DNA of 64,000 bases. Source: an uncultured Eubacteriales bacterium. GTDB lineage: Bacteria; Bacillota; Clostridia; Oscillospirales; CAG-272. Made by a program: the position numbers and the translations under genes. The stretch covers positions 15,372-79,371 of the forward strand of contig CAKRTQ010000002.1 in NCBI GenBank assembly GCA_934402395.1, given 5' to 3'. Under the pieces are notes generated by a model, which was not told where the DNA came from, made no database searches, and was given only the letters and a program-made list of their open reading frames with translations. This document shows, piece after piece, positions 20,179 through 29,085 of the stretch. Within the stretch, counting starts at the first letter, position 1, and each line of letters starts with the position of its first letter.

Positions 20179-20262
20179 TTGAAATACCGTATAAAAACAT
20201 ACAACGGATGCGCGTCACACGGCGGCTTCCGGGGAAACTCTCGCCCCGAGGCTGCCCGATGA
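20179..20262 (+). CDS. Candidate 27-codon leader sORF (MKYRIKTYNGCASHGGFRGNSRPEAAR), TTG start
   Basis: AAAAGGAGG (20161-20169) lies 9 nt upstream of TTG 20179. The same aaaaggaggcg context precedes the XRE gene. No homology recognised. Confidence 0.3.
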   Translation: MKYRIKTYNGCASHGGFRGNSRPEAAR

Positions 20263-20370
20263 GATTGCTCGGAAAGTAATATTATCCGAGGTGCGCATCC
20301 ACCGCCCGGAGACTTAAGCTCCGTGGTTTTGAGGCAACACGGTCTCCCCCTCGCCCGAGAGGGGAGACCG
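20206..20370 (+). promoter_or_regulatory. Structured 5' leader: enclosing helix with two internal hairpins, a weak terminator-like hairpin and a strong GC hairpin
   Basis: 20206-20215 pairs with 20291-20300 (ggatgcgcgt/gtgcgcatcc). Inner hairpins at 20230-20248 and 20268-20290. cggag/ctccg hairpin plus TTTT at 20305-20330. cggtctcccc/ggggagaccg at 20340-20370. Confidence 0.3.
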
Positions 20371-20395
20371 ATGCTTGCCGGAAAAGGAGGCGCAA

Positions 20396-20608
20396 ATGCA
20401 ATTCACTACAGAATTCGGCGACAGACTGGCTGTTTTCCGCCGTCGCACTGGTATGACGCAGGACGCACTTGCCGCAAGGCTCGGCGTTTCGGCTCAGGCG
20501 GTATCAAAATGGGAACGTGCTGTATGCTGTCCCGACATCTCACTTCTGCCCGCTTTGGCGGACACCTTCGGCGTCAGTATTGACCTCCTGTTCGGCAGGT
20601 CAGCCTGA
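20396..20608 (+). CDS. Stand-alone 70-aa XRE-family HTH protein
   Basis: MQFTTEFGDRLAVFRRRTGMTQDALAARLGVSAQAVSKWERAVCCPDISLLPALADTFGVSIDLLF. AAGGAGG RBS 7 nt upstream of ATG 20396. Confidence 0.8.
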   Translation: MQFTTEFGDRLAVFRRRTGMTQDALAARLGVSAQAVSKWERAVCCPDISLLPALADTFGVSIDLLFGRSA

Positions 20609-20613
20609 AGCCA

Positions 20614-20663
20614 TCAATGGGGAGCAACGCATAACATAATGCGTTGCTCCCCATTGACTTTTT
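20614..20663 (+). terminator. Rho-independent terminator
   Basis: Perfect 19-bp stem (20614-20632 / 20639-20657), 6-nt loop, followed by cTTTTT. Confidence 0.9.
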
Positions 20664-20692
20664 ACTTTACCGAACGACCTGCCGAAGATCGA

Positions 20693-20737
20693 AAAAAAGC
20701 TACGTGCTGTCGCGCCGGAGCGCGACAGCACGTTTTC
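20693..20737. terminator. Bidirectional terminator (end of the ABC-2/GldG/DUF4340 operon)
   Basis: 12-bp stem cgtgctgtcgcg/cgcgacagcacg (20703-20732). A7 upstream and TTTT downstream. Confidence 0.75.
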
Positions 20738-20771
20738 GGTCAGGCTACTTTGATACCGGCAGCCTGCATGA

Positions 20772-22982
20772 TCAATATTTACCCGTGGGGGTTATTACCT
20801 CGCCCGTTATCACACGTGCAGCATCGGCAATTATCTTGTCGACAAATGAGCGTGTAACATAGAACTCGGCACTGCCGTTTGCCTGAAGCAGCGAACGACG
20901 TTCGGTATAAGGATAGAATACATATTCAAACTTCGGCTTCTTGTCAAAGGAAGTTATGATCGTAAGCTTAGCCTGCGCCTTGGAGGGATCGGCAATATAG
21001 CCCGCGATCTGCTCATCGGTAAGCCCGCTTTCACCGTCATGGGCGTCACCGGCGATCGATGCATACAGAAGCGACTGATAGAACTTACGGAAATTCGCCA
21101 TACCGCAGCGCAGATACGTCTTCCCCACTCCATCGGGAGTCGTGACCGTAATCGTATTGGCTGAGACCTCGACCTTATTTCCGGTTTTTGCATCCGTAAC
21201 ACTGCCGACGAGTACAACAACTTCTTCACCGCGGCTGTTGGTATCATACATTGCGCCGCGAATGCTGCTTGCTGCATTGCCGTTGGCATCGACAGCTTTG
21301 ACCTTTTTATCGTCGATCGTCCACGTAAAGCCCTTTGAGTCGGTCACGGTTATACTTGATATCGCTTCCATGACAGTTCCGTCCGGAGCCACGGCGCGAA
21401 TCTTCATTTTGTCGGAGGTTATCGTTCCGTCCTTCTGAGCTTTGGTCGACGGGTTCGGGTTCGTAACGGAATCGCTTTCCGAATTGTCAAGGTAAAAATG
21501 ATAGGTCCCCGCAGCGGTCTCAAGCATTATTTCCTTCGCCCACGAAAGGTTCATCGAAAAGTACGAATCGTTAACCCAGTCTACCAGCCTGTAATCCAGA
21601 AACAGCATCTGTGTACGGCTGATCTCAACCACCATATCATAAAGCGCAGAGGTCACATAATAAGTTCCGCGATCTGTCATCTTGCTGACAAATATCGTGT
21701 GCTCTATCGCTTCAACATTACTGCTGCTGTCAGATGCCGGCGTATACTCAAAATAAATCACATATTCCGGATCATAAAGTCCGAGACGCTTCATGTCGTC
21801 CTCGGTCGGTCCCAGCTTTGTGACATTAAGGAATGTCATTTCATAGAACGACTGCAGCGCAGCCCCCGCAGCATCGGCGTCTATGTCATACTGATCGGGG
21901 TAATTCATAATGTATGCCATATTGGCATAGAACGTGCCTGTCCGCGAATCAAGATCCCAGTATGAGAAGCTGATTATAGGCCTTACATCCGCTTTTTCGG
22001 GTTCCTTGATGTCAACAAGGTCCTTGCCGTAAAAGATAGAAAAGTTTTTCACATTGAAATAGCTGTTCAGCGTCATGGGATAGCAGATCGTAGGCGTAAC
22101 GAACGTCTCAATCGGCAGATCGAACACGCTGTCAACGTTTTCGGTAAGAGTCGACTGACCGTATACGCTGATAAGCGACGCATCAACGCTGTAATTCATA
22201 ATATAAACCGCGTCGCGTCCGCTGTAACGGACGTAGTAACCCGCTCCCGACGGTATCATATCGCCTATATACACCGTGTGCATATTGTTTGATGTATCGA
22301 CGATACGATACCATGCCGGAGTATAGTCATACTCATTTCCGTCGGCGTCCTTGCGCTTTTCGGCGTCAAGACCGTATTCCGTATATTTTCCGTCGGCATC
22401 CTTGATGGGATCCTTGATTTTTTCCATCGTGAGCGGATAACCGCAAGAAACAGCCAGCTGAGACAGGAGTGCCTTGTCATAAGGAGTACCATCAAAGCCT
22501 TTTATCTGGAAATTATCCTCCGCATCGCGGTAAAAGGTGTAATCATTGGTATCGGTATGCACCTGGATCGACTGCATACTGCTCTGCTGGGTGTGTCTGA
22601 ACATCAGTATCCTCTTTGAAGTACCGACATCCTCGCCGTCCTCGGTATCGACGACCGCAACTATCTCACAGGCACCCGTTTTCTGATCTACCTCAACAAG
22701 CGTGCCGAGCGTGGTGCTGAAATATCCGTCCTTGGTCGTTTCTAGCGTATATCCGTCCTTATCGCAAAGAACGTATGCGCCGCCCTTTTCCTTGACATAA
22801 TATTTCAGACCGTCGCTGTCCTTGAAAACTATTCTGTTTAAATAGTATGTTGCCACGCCGAGTCCGACGCCGAGAACTACAATACAGACAAGCAGTATCG
22901 CTGTAAGGCGTTTCTGCATTTTCAGCATTGAGCGGCGACGGCGACCGGTCGGTTTTGCTTCTTTTTCTACATTTCGGTTCAT
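20772..22982 (-). CDS. Large membrane-anchored extracytoplasmic protein, DUF4340-like by operon position
   Basis: 736 aa, N-terminal TM (LTAILLVCIVVLGVGLGVATYYL). Fourth gene of an ATPase/ABC-2/GldG-like operon; start overlaps the upstream stop by 4 nt. Family call rests on synteny recollection, not a search. Confidence 0.55.
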   Translation of the reverse strand: MNRNVEKEAKPTGRRRRSMLKMQKRLTAILLVCIVVLGVGLGVATYYLNRIVFKDSDGLKYYVKEKGGAYVLCDKDGYTLETTKDGYFSTTLGTLVEVDQKTGACEIVAVVDTEDGEDVGTSKRILMFRHTQQSSMQSIQVHTDTNDYTFYRDAEDNFQIKGFDGTPYDKALLSQLAVSCGYPLTMEKIKDPIKDADGKYTEYGLDAEKRKDADGNEYDYTPAWYRIVDTSNNMHTVYIGDMIPSGAGYYVRYSGRDAVYIMNYSVDASLISVYGQSTLTENVDSVFDLPIETFVTPTICYPMTLNSYFNVKNFSIFYGKDLVDIKEPEKADVRPIISFSYWDLDSRTGTFYANMAYIMNYPDQYDIDADAAGAALQSFYEMTFLNVTKLGPTEDDMKRLGLYDPEYVIYFEYTPASDSSSNVEAIEHTIFVSKMTDRGTYYVTSALYDMVVEISRTQMLFLDYRLVDWVNDSYFSMNLSWAKEIMLETAAGTYHFYLDNSESDSVTNPNPSTKAQKDGTITSDKMKIRAVAPDGTVMEAISSITVTDSKGFTWTIDDKKVKAVDANGNAASSIRGAMYDTNSRGEEVVVLVGSVTDAKTGNKVEVSANTITVTTPDGVGKTYLRCGMANFRKFYQSLLYASIAGDAHDGESGLTDEQIAGYIADPSKAQAKLTIITSFDKKPKFEYVFYPYTERRSLLQANGSAEFYVTRSFVDKIIADAARVITGEVITPTGKY

Positions 22983-24589
22983 GCGTATTTTCTCCTGACG
23001 AGAACGAAGATACCTATGCCGAACACAACTACCGGCGGCAGCACTGTCAGCAGTACGGTATAACGGTTAGCCTCGGCGGTAGTGAGGCTTTCGATATTGG
23101 TCGAAACAAACATTTTGCTTTCAAGTCCGACCGGAATAAACTCCTTACCCATTGCGCGCATGGCGCTGAGCATAACGTCGGAGTTGCCGTATACATTGGA
23201 CTGCAACAGAGCACTTCCAAGGAATCCGGTCGATCCGCAGGCAAGCACGTACGAGTAATCGGCATCCGAGTTGTTGACCATACGGATCTCGCGCGTGACT
23301 GTCATGAGCTTATAAGGATCGGCATCGGTAGCCGAACTGACTTCACGTCCGCCCGCCATTGCTTTAGCGCCGGGATATGACACAAAAACATCATATATAT
23401 CGCGCGAAACGCCGTCACGGTAAAAGCTGCCGTATGTGTACTTTTTGGTCTTGTCATCCTCATCGACATATTCCGAAAGCAGGTATCCGTCGGCATATTG
23501 GATGGGCATTGCATTTTTGAATATGACCTTAGGAGGGTACTGGGTGCGCAGATCCTTGTGAATGGATGCGCCCAGTCCCTCGGAGGTATACGCTCCGACT
23601 ATTGTCAGACCGTCGGTGGTAAGCGAATGCGCGCTATCGGTGACAACGCAGGATTCCGCTTTTCCGAGCGCGTTTTCGGAACGCACGAACGAAATGCCCC
23701 ATTCGCCGAGATATTCCTCAAGATGCGGCAATCTCGGCGTTGCGGGATCAAGGAACACCGCAAGCGCGTTGGTGCCGTCAAGGAAACGGTCTATTTTTTC
23801 GATTTCCGACTTGTCGGATATTCCGTCCTCTTTTACAAGGAAATCATCGCTCGGATCGTATACAAAGAGCATACGGCAGTCATCGGGAATATCCTCATTG
23901 GCGAGGTCGATAAGCTGAAGCTTGTAGCCTGCATCCTCAAGCATTGAGAGAAGTGCCCCGCTCTTGTTAAGCTCTTCGGCTGTCACGAACGGCTCACCGT
24001 GATTGTATGTCAGGCAGGCGATCGGAGCCTCCGCCTGAACAACAGCAAGTATACCGGAGACAAGCTTCTTCTCGCCGTTGTAAGCCACAGGGGTACTGGT
24101 ATCCGTCTCTTCGAACATATAGAATGCTCTTTGAGAATAAAGTCTGAACTCGCTGCCGCTGGCAACGATAACGGAATGAGAATAGATAGAGGTCTTGGAG
24201 GTCGTCTTGTACTGATTGACGGCTGTGGGGTTGCGGAAAATATCAATGTTTTCAACCGTAACGTAATCGACCTCTCGCGCTATCTCAAGTGCCGACTCGT
24301 AAACCAGACGCTGGGTAAAGTTTGCCCTGAGGTTATCCGGCTCATCGCAGAAGATTATTTTGACTTCCTTACCGTTGGTATCAAGATTGCGCAGAGTTTC
24401 TTTTGCCGCCTCGGAAAGAGTATAAAGGCTTTCGGTGGTCATATCGGTATACCATCCGAATTTTCCCGCCAAAAGCGAGAAAAGCGCGTTGAAAAGCACG
24501 ATAACCGCAATTATCGCACAGGTCAGTGCCACCGCTACGCTGCCGTAACGGAAACGGCGGGAACGCATTGCTTTATTTGAATCGTTCAT
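22979..24589 (-). CDS. GldG-like auxiliary component of an ABC-2 transporter
   Basis: GGGAGG RBS favours start MNDSNK at 24589. N- and C-terminal TM anchors flank a large external domain, as in GldG-family proteins. Confidence 0.7.
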   Translation of the reverse strand: MNDSNKAMRSRRFRYGSVAVALTCAIIAVIVLFNALFSLLAGKFGWYTDMTTESLYTLSEAAKETLRNLDTNGKEVKIIFCDEPDNLRANFTQRLVYESALEIAREVDYVTVENIDIFRNPTAVNQYKTTSKTSIYSHSVIVASGSEFRLYSQRAFYMFEETDTSTPVAYNGEKKLVSGILAVVQAEAPIACLTYNHGEPFVTAEELNKSGALLSMLEDAGYKLQLIDLANEDIPDDCRMLFVYDPSDDFLVKEDGISDKSEIEKIDRFLDGTNALAVFLDPATPRLPHLEEYLGEWGISFVRSENALGKAESCVVTDSAHSLTTDGLTIVGAYTSEGLGASIHKDLRTQYPPKVIFKNAMPIQYADGYLLSEYVDEDDKTKKYTYGSFYRDGVSRDIYDVFVSYPGAKAMAGGREVSSATDADPYKLMTVTREIRMVNNSDADYSYVLACGSTGFLGSALLQSNVYGNSDVMLSAMRAMGKEFIPVGLESKMFVSTNIESLTTAEANRYTVLLTVLPPVVVFGIGIFVLVRRKYA

Positions 24590-24606
24590 ATTCACGGCAC
24601 CTCCCA

Positions 24607-25395
24607 TCAAGCCCAACGGCGGCGTTCATATACGCGCACGGTCAGGTAAAGAAAAACAAAAGTAAGCGAAACGTAATAGAGGAGCGCAGACCAGTCAAGG
24701 ATACCGTACCCGAAATTCGAAAATCTCGACAGAACACTGAACCAGTCAAGCACGTATCTTACCGCATAATTGTTGACAAGACGCGTACCTTCCTCGCTGC
24801 TGCCCGCCTGGCTGAGTATGTTTAGAACGACCATGGCAAGCAATACGCCTATCGTAACGACCGCAGCCGAAAGCTGATTTTCGGTAAGAGAGGAAACAAA
24901 GAGACCTATCGCGATAAATGCGGCTCCGATAAGTGCCACACCGATGAGCGAGCCCCATATCTGTGCGGTGTTGGGACCAATATGATCGCCCTTGAGCCAA
25001 TCGCCTTCGGCTTTTTTAGCGGCGATCTCGGATGCCGCCGTTGCATACAGCGGAATGAAGTTGATGCAGGAGACCGCAAGCGAGCCGACAAAAAGGGTCA
25101 GCGCAGCAGTAAATTTTCCCATAACCATGCCGAAAATAGTCACCGGAGAGGTAAGCAGCATCTGCTCTGTGCGCATCTTGCGCTCCTCCGAAAACATTCT
25201 CATTGTTAGCAGCGGTATGAGGATTATCATTGCGAAAATGATGTACTGAAAATAAGATGATGTACTGTATGAATTGGCCTGGAGCGTCGTATAACAGCAA
25301 AGCAGCGCAGCCAACGCAAGGAATATCCCGACATAGGCATATCCGACAGCGTTTATGAAATACGAGCGCATCTCCTTTTTATAAATTGCAAGCAT
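24607..25395 (-). CDS. ABC-2 family transporter permease
   Basis: 262 aa, 6 TM, typical MLAIYKKEMRSYF N-terminus of ABC-2 permeases. Confidence 0.85.
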   Translation of the reverse strand: MLAIYKKEMRSYFINAVGYAYVGIFLALAALLCCYTTLQANSYSTSSYFQYIIFAMIILIPLLTMRMFSEERKMRTEQMLLTSPVTIFGMVMGKFTAALTLFVGSLAVSCINFIPLYATAASEIAAKKAEGDWLKGDHIGPNTAQIWGSLIGVALIGAAFIAIGLFVSSLTENQLSAAVVTIGVLLAMVVLNILSQAGSSEEGTRLVNNYAVRYVLDWFSVLSRFSNFGYGILDWSALLYYVSLTFVFLYLTVRVYERRRWA

Positions 25396-25472
25396 AAGAC
25401 TTTACCGACCGCATGACGGTCGTCCTTTCAGATTTTCTTTATCTCTTGTATCTTGTTTCGGCTGAATTGAGT

Positions 25473-26615
25473 TTACCGCTTTTCTCCGTCGTCCTTATCG
25501 GCAAATGTGTCGGACTTTATTGTGTAGTCCTCGTAATATTTACCGTTATTTTCATCCGTAGAGTCGGTCGAATCTTCGACAAGCTTGTTCTGCTCGGCTG
25601 TTTTTTCAACGATCTCACCTGCAAGATCGCGCTCAGCGACCGCGCGGCGGGTGCGTTGTTCCTTTTCGCCCGGTTTACGGGTGCCGGTCTTATCAACGAC
25701 CGCTATGAATATGTCTTCAATGCTCAGCCCGAGTGCTTCAAGACCTATGATGGGCCACTTCTTTTCCGCCATCGTCCAGAACAGCTTTTTGCGTATGTCA
25801 ATGCCGACTTCGCTCTCGACCATATATGTATAAGCATCGCCGTCACGCGCCGCGAGGACTTCGGCATATGTTACCCCGGGCAGATTGCGAAGTGTCGCAA
25901 GCACATCACGCTGCGGTCCCGCGATCTTGACATTGAAGCGGCGCGTGTTTTCAACAGCTCGTGAAATGTTTTCGGTAAGCTCGTCCGCAACCATCTTGCC
26001 CTTATTGATGATTATAATGCGGTCGCACACCGCCTGCACTTCCTGAAGGATATGCGTGGAAAGAATGACCGTATGCTCTTTGCCGAGCGTACGGATAAGA
26101 TTGCGGATCTCAATGATCTGCTTGGGGTCAAGTCCTATCGTAGGCTCGTCAAAAATTATGACCGGAGGATTTCCGATGAGCGCCTGTGCAATCCCGACAC
26201 GCTGACGGTAGCCCTTGGAAAGGTTCTTTATCAGCCTCTTGCGCACCTCGCCTATCTTTACAACGGCGCACACCTCCTCGATATGCTTTTCTTTATTGAG
26301 AGTGCACCCCTTGAGATCATAGGCAAACGAGAGATATTCGTCCACTGTCATATCGGGATAAAGCGGAGGCTGCTCAGGCAGATATCCGATAAGCCTCTTG
26401 GCATTGAGCGGGTCATCGAGAATATCGACTCCGCCGATGGATACGCTTCCCGATGTAGAGGAAAGATATCCCGTGAGAATATTCATTGTGGTGCTTTTGC
26501 CGGCTCCGTTGGGGCCGAGAAAGCCGACGACTTCACCGCGTTCAACCTCAAAGCTGATATCATCAACGGCACAGAACGAACCGTAGTTTTTGACCAGGTG
26601 AGATATTTTAATCAT
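25473..26615 (-). CDS. ABC transporter ATP-binding protein with a long acidic C-terminal tail
   Basis: Walker A GPNGAGKST, signature LSKGYRQR, Walker B VIIFDEPT. About 70-aa D/E-rich tail. Confidence 0.9.
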   Translation of the reverse strand: MIKISHLVKNYGSFCAVDDISFEVERGEVVGFLGPNGAGKSTTMNILTGYLSSTSGSVSIGGVDILDDPLNAKRLIGYLPEQPPLYPDMTVDEYLSFAYDLKGCTLNKEKHIEEVCAVVKIGEVRKRLIKNLSKGYRQRVGIAQALIGNPPVIIFDEPTIGLDPKQIIEIRNLIRTLGKEHTVILSTHILQEVQAVCDRIIIINKGKMVADELTENISRAVENTRRFNVKIAGPQRDVLATLRNLPGVTYAEVLAARDGDAYTYMVESEVGIDIRKKLFWTMAEKKWPIIGLEALGLSIEDIFIAVVDKTGTRKPGEKEQRTRRAVAERDLAGEIVEKTAEQNKLVEDSTDSTDENNGKYYEDYTIKSDTFADKDDGEKR

Positions 26616-26804
26616 AAAAAGCGGGTTCCTTTCATTTCAGATTGTGACACACTGTAAGTATAACACGGAAATTTAAATATTTTATGAACGGCAGGCTGTC
26701 ATACATATAAAAGGTGACGGTACAGGCTGATTTTTTTGTGATTTTATGCTGAACTGCGGCACACACATCCGCATCACATAAAAAAAGCGCGAAAGAATCA
26801 TATT

Positions 26805-26833
26805 GCCGCTTGCAAAACAAATACTTATATTGT
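26805..26833 (+). promoter_or_regulatory. Sigma-A promoter candidate (TTGCAA-17-TATAAT)
   Basis: TTGCAA 26805-26810, TATAAT 26828-26833, 38 nt upstream of ATG 26871. Confidence 0.55.
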
Positions 26834-26870
26834 ATAATAGTATACAACATAATTCCGAGGAGTGATCCGT

Positions 26871-27965
26871 ATGGCAGATAACACTATGCTACAATATAAA
26901 TGCCCCAACTGCGGCGGAACGATCGAATTCGACAGTAACCTGCAGAAGATGAAATGTCCCTATTGCGACACCGAATTCGATATTGAAACGCTGCGCGGGT
27001 TTGATGAAGGTCTGAGATCAACGGCAGACAATACCCCCGAGTGGGAAAGCTACGGTGAGGAAAGCGGCAACGGCAGATGGCGCGAAGGTGAGACAGACGG
27101 AATGGTCTCATACATATGCAGATCCTGCGGCGGCGAGGTAATAGGCGACGCCAACACCGGCGCAACGATATGCCCGTTCTGCGGCAACAATGTAATAGTC
27201 TCCCAGAAATTCAGCGGAGCGCTTCGCCCCGATTATATAATCCCCTTCAAAATCGACAAGGAGGGTGCCAAGGCAGCTCTCACCGAATTCATGAAGGGAA
27301 AGAAACTGTTGCCGGATCTCTTCACCGAAAAGAACAGAATAGACAGCATACAGGGAATATATGTTCCATTCTGGCTCTTTGATGCCGATGCGGATGCGTC
27401 TCTCAGCTTCAAGGCAACGCGTGTCACATGCTGGTCTGACAGAAATTACGATTACACAAAGACCGATTACTACCAGGTGCTACGCGCCGGCAAGATCGGA
27501 TTTGACCGCGTTCCCGTTGACGGTTCCAAAAAAATGGACGACACATACATGGAATCGCTGGAACCGTACAATTACAGCGACCTTGTGGAATTCGGCACAC
27601 CTTACCTTGCCGGATATCTTGCTGACAAATACGATGTAGATGCCGATGCGAGCACTCCGCGGGCAAATGAGCGAATAAAAAACAGTACGGTATCGGAATT
27701 TTCAAAAACCGCAAGCGGCTATTCCACCTGCATTCCTACCGGAACCAAGATAGATCTTTCAAACCGCAATATACGGTACGCCCTTCTCCCCGTCTGGGTG
27801 CTCAACACAAAATACAATGACAAAATGTACACGTTTGCAATGAACGGTCAGACCGGAAAATTCATAGGCAAACTGCCGATCGACCGTTCAAAGTACTGGA
27901 AGTACTGGGGCATTGTTTTCGGAGCCGCAGCACTTATCGGCACATTGCTTTTATTTCTGCTGTAA
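26871..27965 (+). CDS. Double zinc-ribbon protein with C-terminal TM anchor
   Basis: GAGGAG RBS. CPNCGG...CPYCD and CRSCGG...CPFCG ribbons. C-terminal TM YWGIVFGAAALIGTLLLFLL. Confidence 0.7.
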   Translation: MADNTMLQYKCPNCGGTIEFDSNLQKMKCPYCDTEFDIETLRGFDEGLRSTADNTPEWESYGEESGNGRWREGETDGMVSYICRSCGGEVIGDANTGATICPFCGNNVIVSQKFSGALRPDYIIPFKIDKEGAKAALTEFMKGKKLLPDLFTEKNRIDSIQGIYVPFWLFDADADASLSFKATRVTCWSDRNYDYTKTDYYQVLRAGKIGFDRVPVDGSKKMDDTYMESLEPYNYSDLVEFGTPYLAGYLADKYDVDADASTPRANERIKNSTVSEFSKTASGYSTCIPTGTKIDLSNRNIRYALLPVWVLNTKYNDKMYTFAMNGQTGKFIGKLPIDRSKYWKYWGIVFGAAALIGTLLLFLL

Positions 27966-27982
27966 AGGAGGCGGACACCGCA

Positions 27983-28987
27983 ATGAAGACAATAAACAAA
28001 AACATCATCCGCCTGCTCGCGCTCGCCTGCGTTCTTATCATGATCGCGGCTGTTGTACTCCCCGCCGGAGCATTGGACGTTACTGAAAGCGAAAGCACCG
28101 TAGGAAGGCGTATCATAGATGAGGCAGATATCCTCAGTGACAAATGCGAAAAGGACCTCGATGACTTATTTGCGATAACAAACGAAGCATACGGCTATAA
28201 TATTTGCTTTGCAGCGGTCAATTCCCTCGGCAGCAAAACCGCCCGGGAATACGCCGACGACATGTATGACAGTATATTTCCGATAAATTCAAACGGAATT
28301 ATTCTGATAGTCAGTCTCGAATACCGCGATTACTGGCTCTCCACCAGCGGCGATGCGATATCGACCTTTGATGCCGACAGCAGACTCAGCAATCTCGACA
28401 GTGCGGTCCTCAGTTGCCTGCGTGACAATGACTTTGAAGATGCGGCAAAAACCTTCGCACTGCTCGTCAACAGCTGCCTTGAAGCCGTCAGACGCTATAA
28501 TGAGGACAAAGACGACAATCCCGCCGCATGGCAGAACAGCTATTGCGAACTGATAAGCGATTATTGGGTAAAGCGCGTAAGACCGTCGGAATATGATTCG
28601 CTTTCATTCAAAGGCATAATGAGAGCCATATCCGAAGCCGGCGACGGCTCCGTCGGCATATACGACTACGGAGCCACCTATCTTAAAACATGGGGCAAAA
28701 AGTTTTTTATAGTACTCGTAATAGCTGCCGTGATAGCCTTCATATGGCTCGGCGTGATGAAGGCGAAAATGAATAACGTAAAGCGCAACAACCTTGCAGC
28801 AGACTACGTACGCCCCGACAGCTTTAAACTTACGCAAAGCACGGATCTGTTCCTTTACAGTACCGTAAGTAAGACCACGCGTCATGAAGCCGACACATCC
28901 ACAGGTCGCAGCAGCGGCGGTGGCGGTGGCGGTGGCGGTGGCGGTGGCGGCGGTGGATCGCACGGCGGAAGCGGCGGAAAATTCTGA
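27983..28987 (+). CDS. TPM-domain protein with TM and poly-Gly tail
   Basis: Signal peptide, RRIIDEADILS start of a TPM-like domain, TM FFIVLVIAAVIAFIWLGV, tail SSGGGGGGGGGGGGGSHGGSGGKF. Confidence 0.75.
   Translation: MKTINKNIIRLLALACVLIMIAAVVLPAGALDVTESESTVGRRIIDEADILSDKCEKDLDDLFAITNEAYGYNICFAAVNSLGSKTAREYADDMYDSIFPINSNGIILIVSLEYRDYWLSTSGDAISTFDADSRLSNLDSAVLSCLRDNDFEDAAKTFALLVNSCLEAVRRYNEDKDDNPAAWQNSYCELISDYWVKRVRPSEYDSLSFKGIMRAISEAGDGSVGIYDYGATYLKTWGKKFFIVLVIAAVIAFIWLGVMKAKMNNVKRNNLAADYVRPDSFKLTQSTDLFLYSTVSKTTRHEADTSTGRSSGGGGGGGGGGGGGGSHGGSGGKF
28914..28956 (+). repeat. (GGCGGT)n microsatellite encoding the poly-Gly tail
   Basis: gcggcggtggcggtggcggtggcggtggcggtggcggcggtgg read directly from the sequence. 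Confidence 0.9.
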
Positions 28988-29025
28988 TAATTCCCAGTTG
29001 ATAGATACAATCACCGCAAACACTC

Positions 29026-29057
29026 GGGGGCTGCCGCGCCATAGCGCGGCAGCCCCC
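29026..29057. terminator. GC-rich hairpin between convergent TPM and carD-like genes
   Basis: 14-bp stem gggggctgccgcgc/gcgcggcagccccc, loop cata. Poor U-tail on both strands. Confidence 0.5.
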
Positions 29058-29085
29058 CGAAATATTTACCCGACCGGATCAAAAA

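Noticed and set aside
20323-20583. 86-aa GTG-start ORF overlapping the XRE gene in another frame
   Set aside because: It has no RBS. It begins inside the leader hairpin region, and the in-frame XRE HTH ORF with its AAGGAGG RBS explains the coding signal.
28604-29042. Antisense ORFs across the poly-Gly repeat (for example HRHRHRHRHR and ATATATATA peptides)
   Set aside because: They are pure reading-frame artefacts of the (GGCGGT)n microsatellite.
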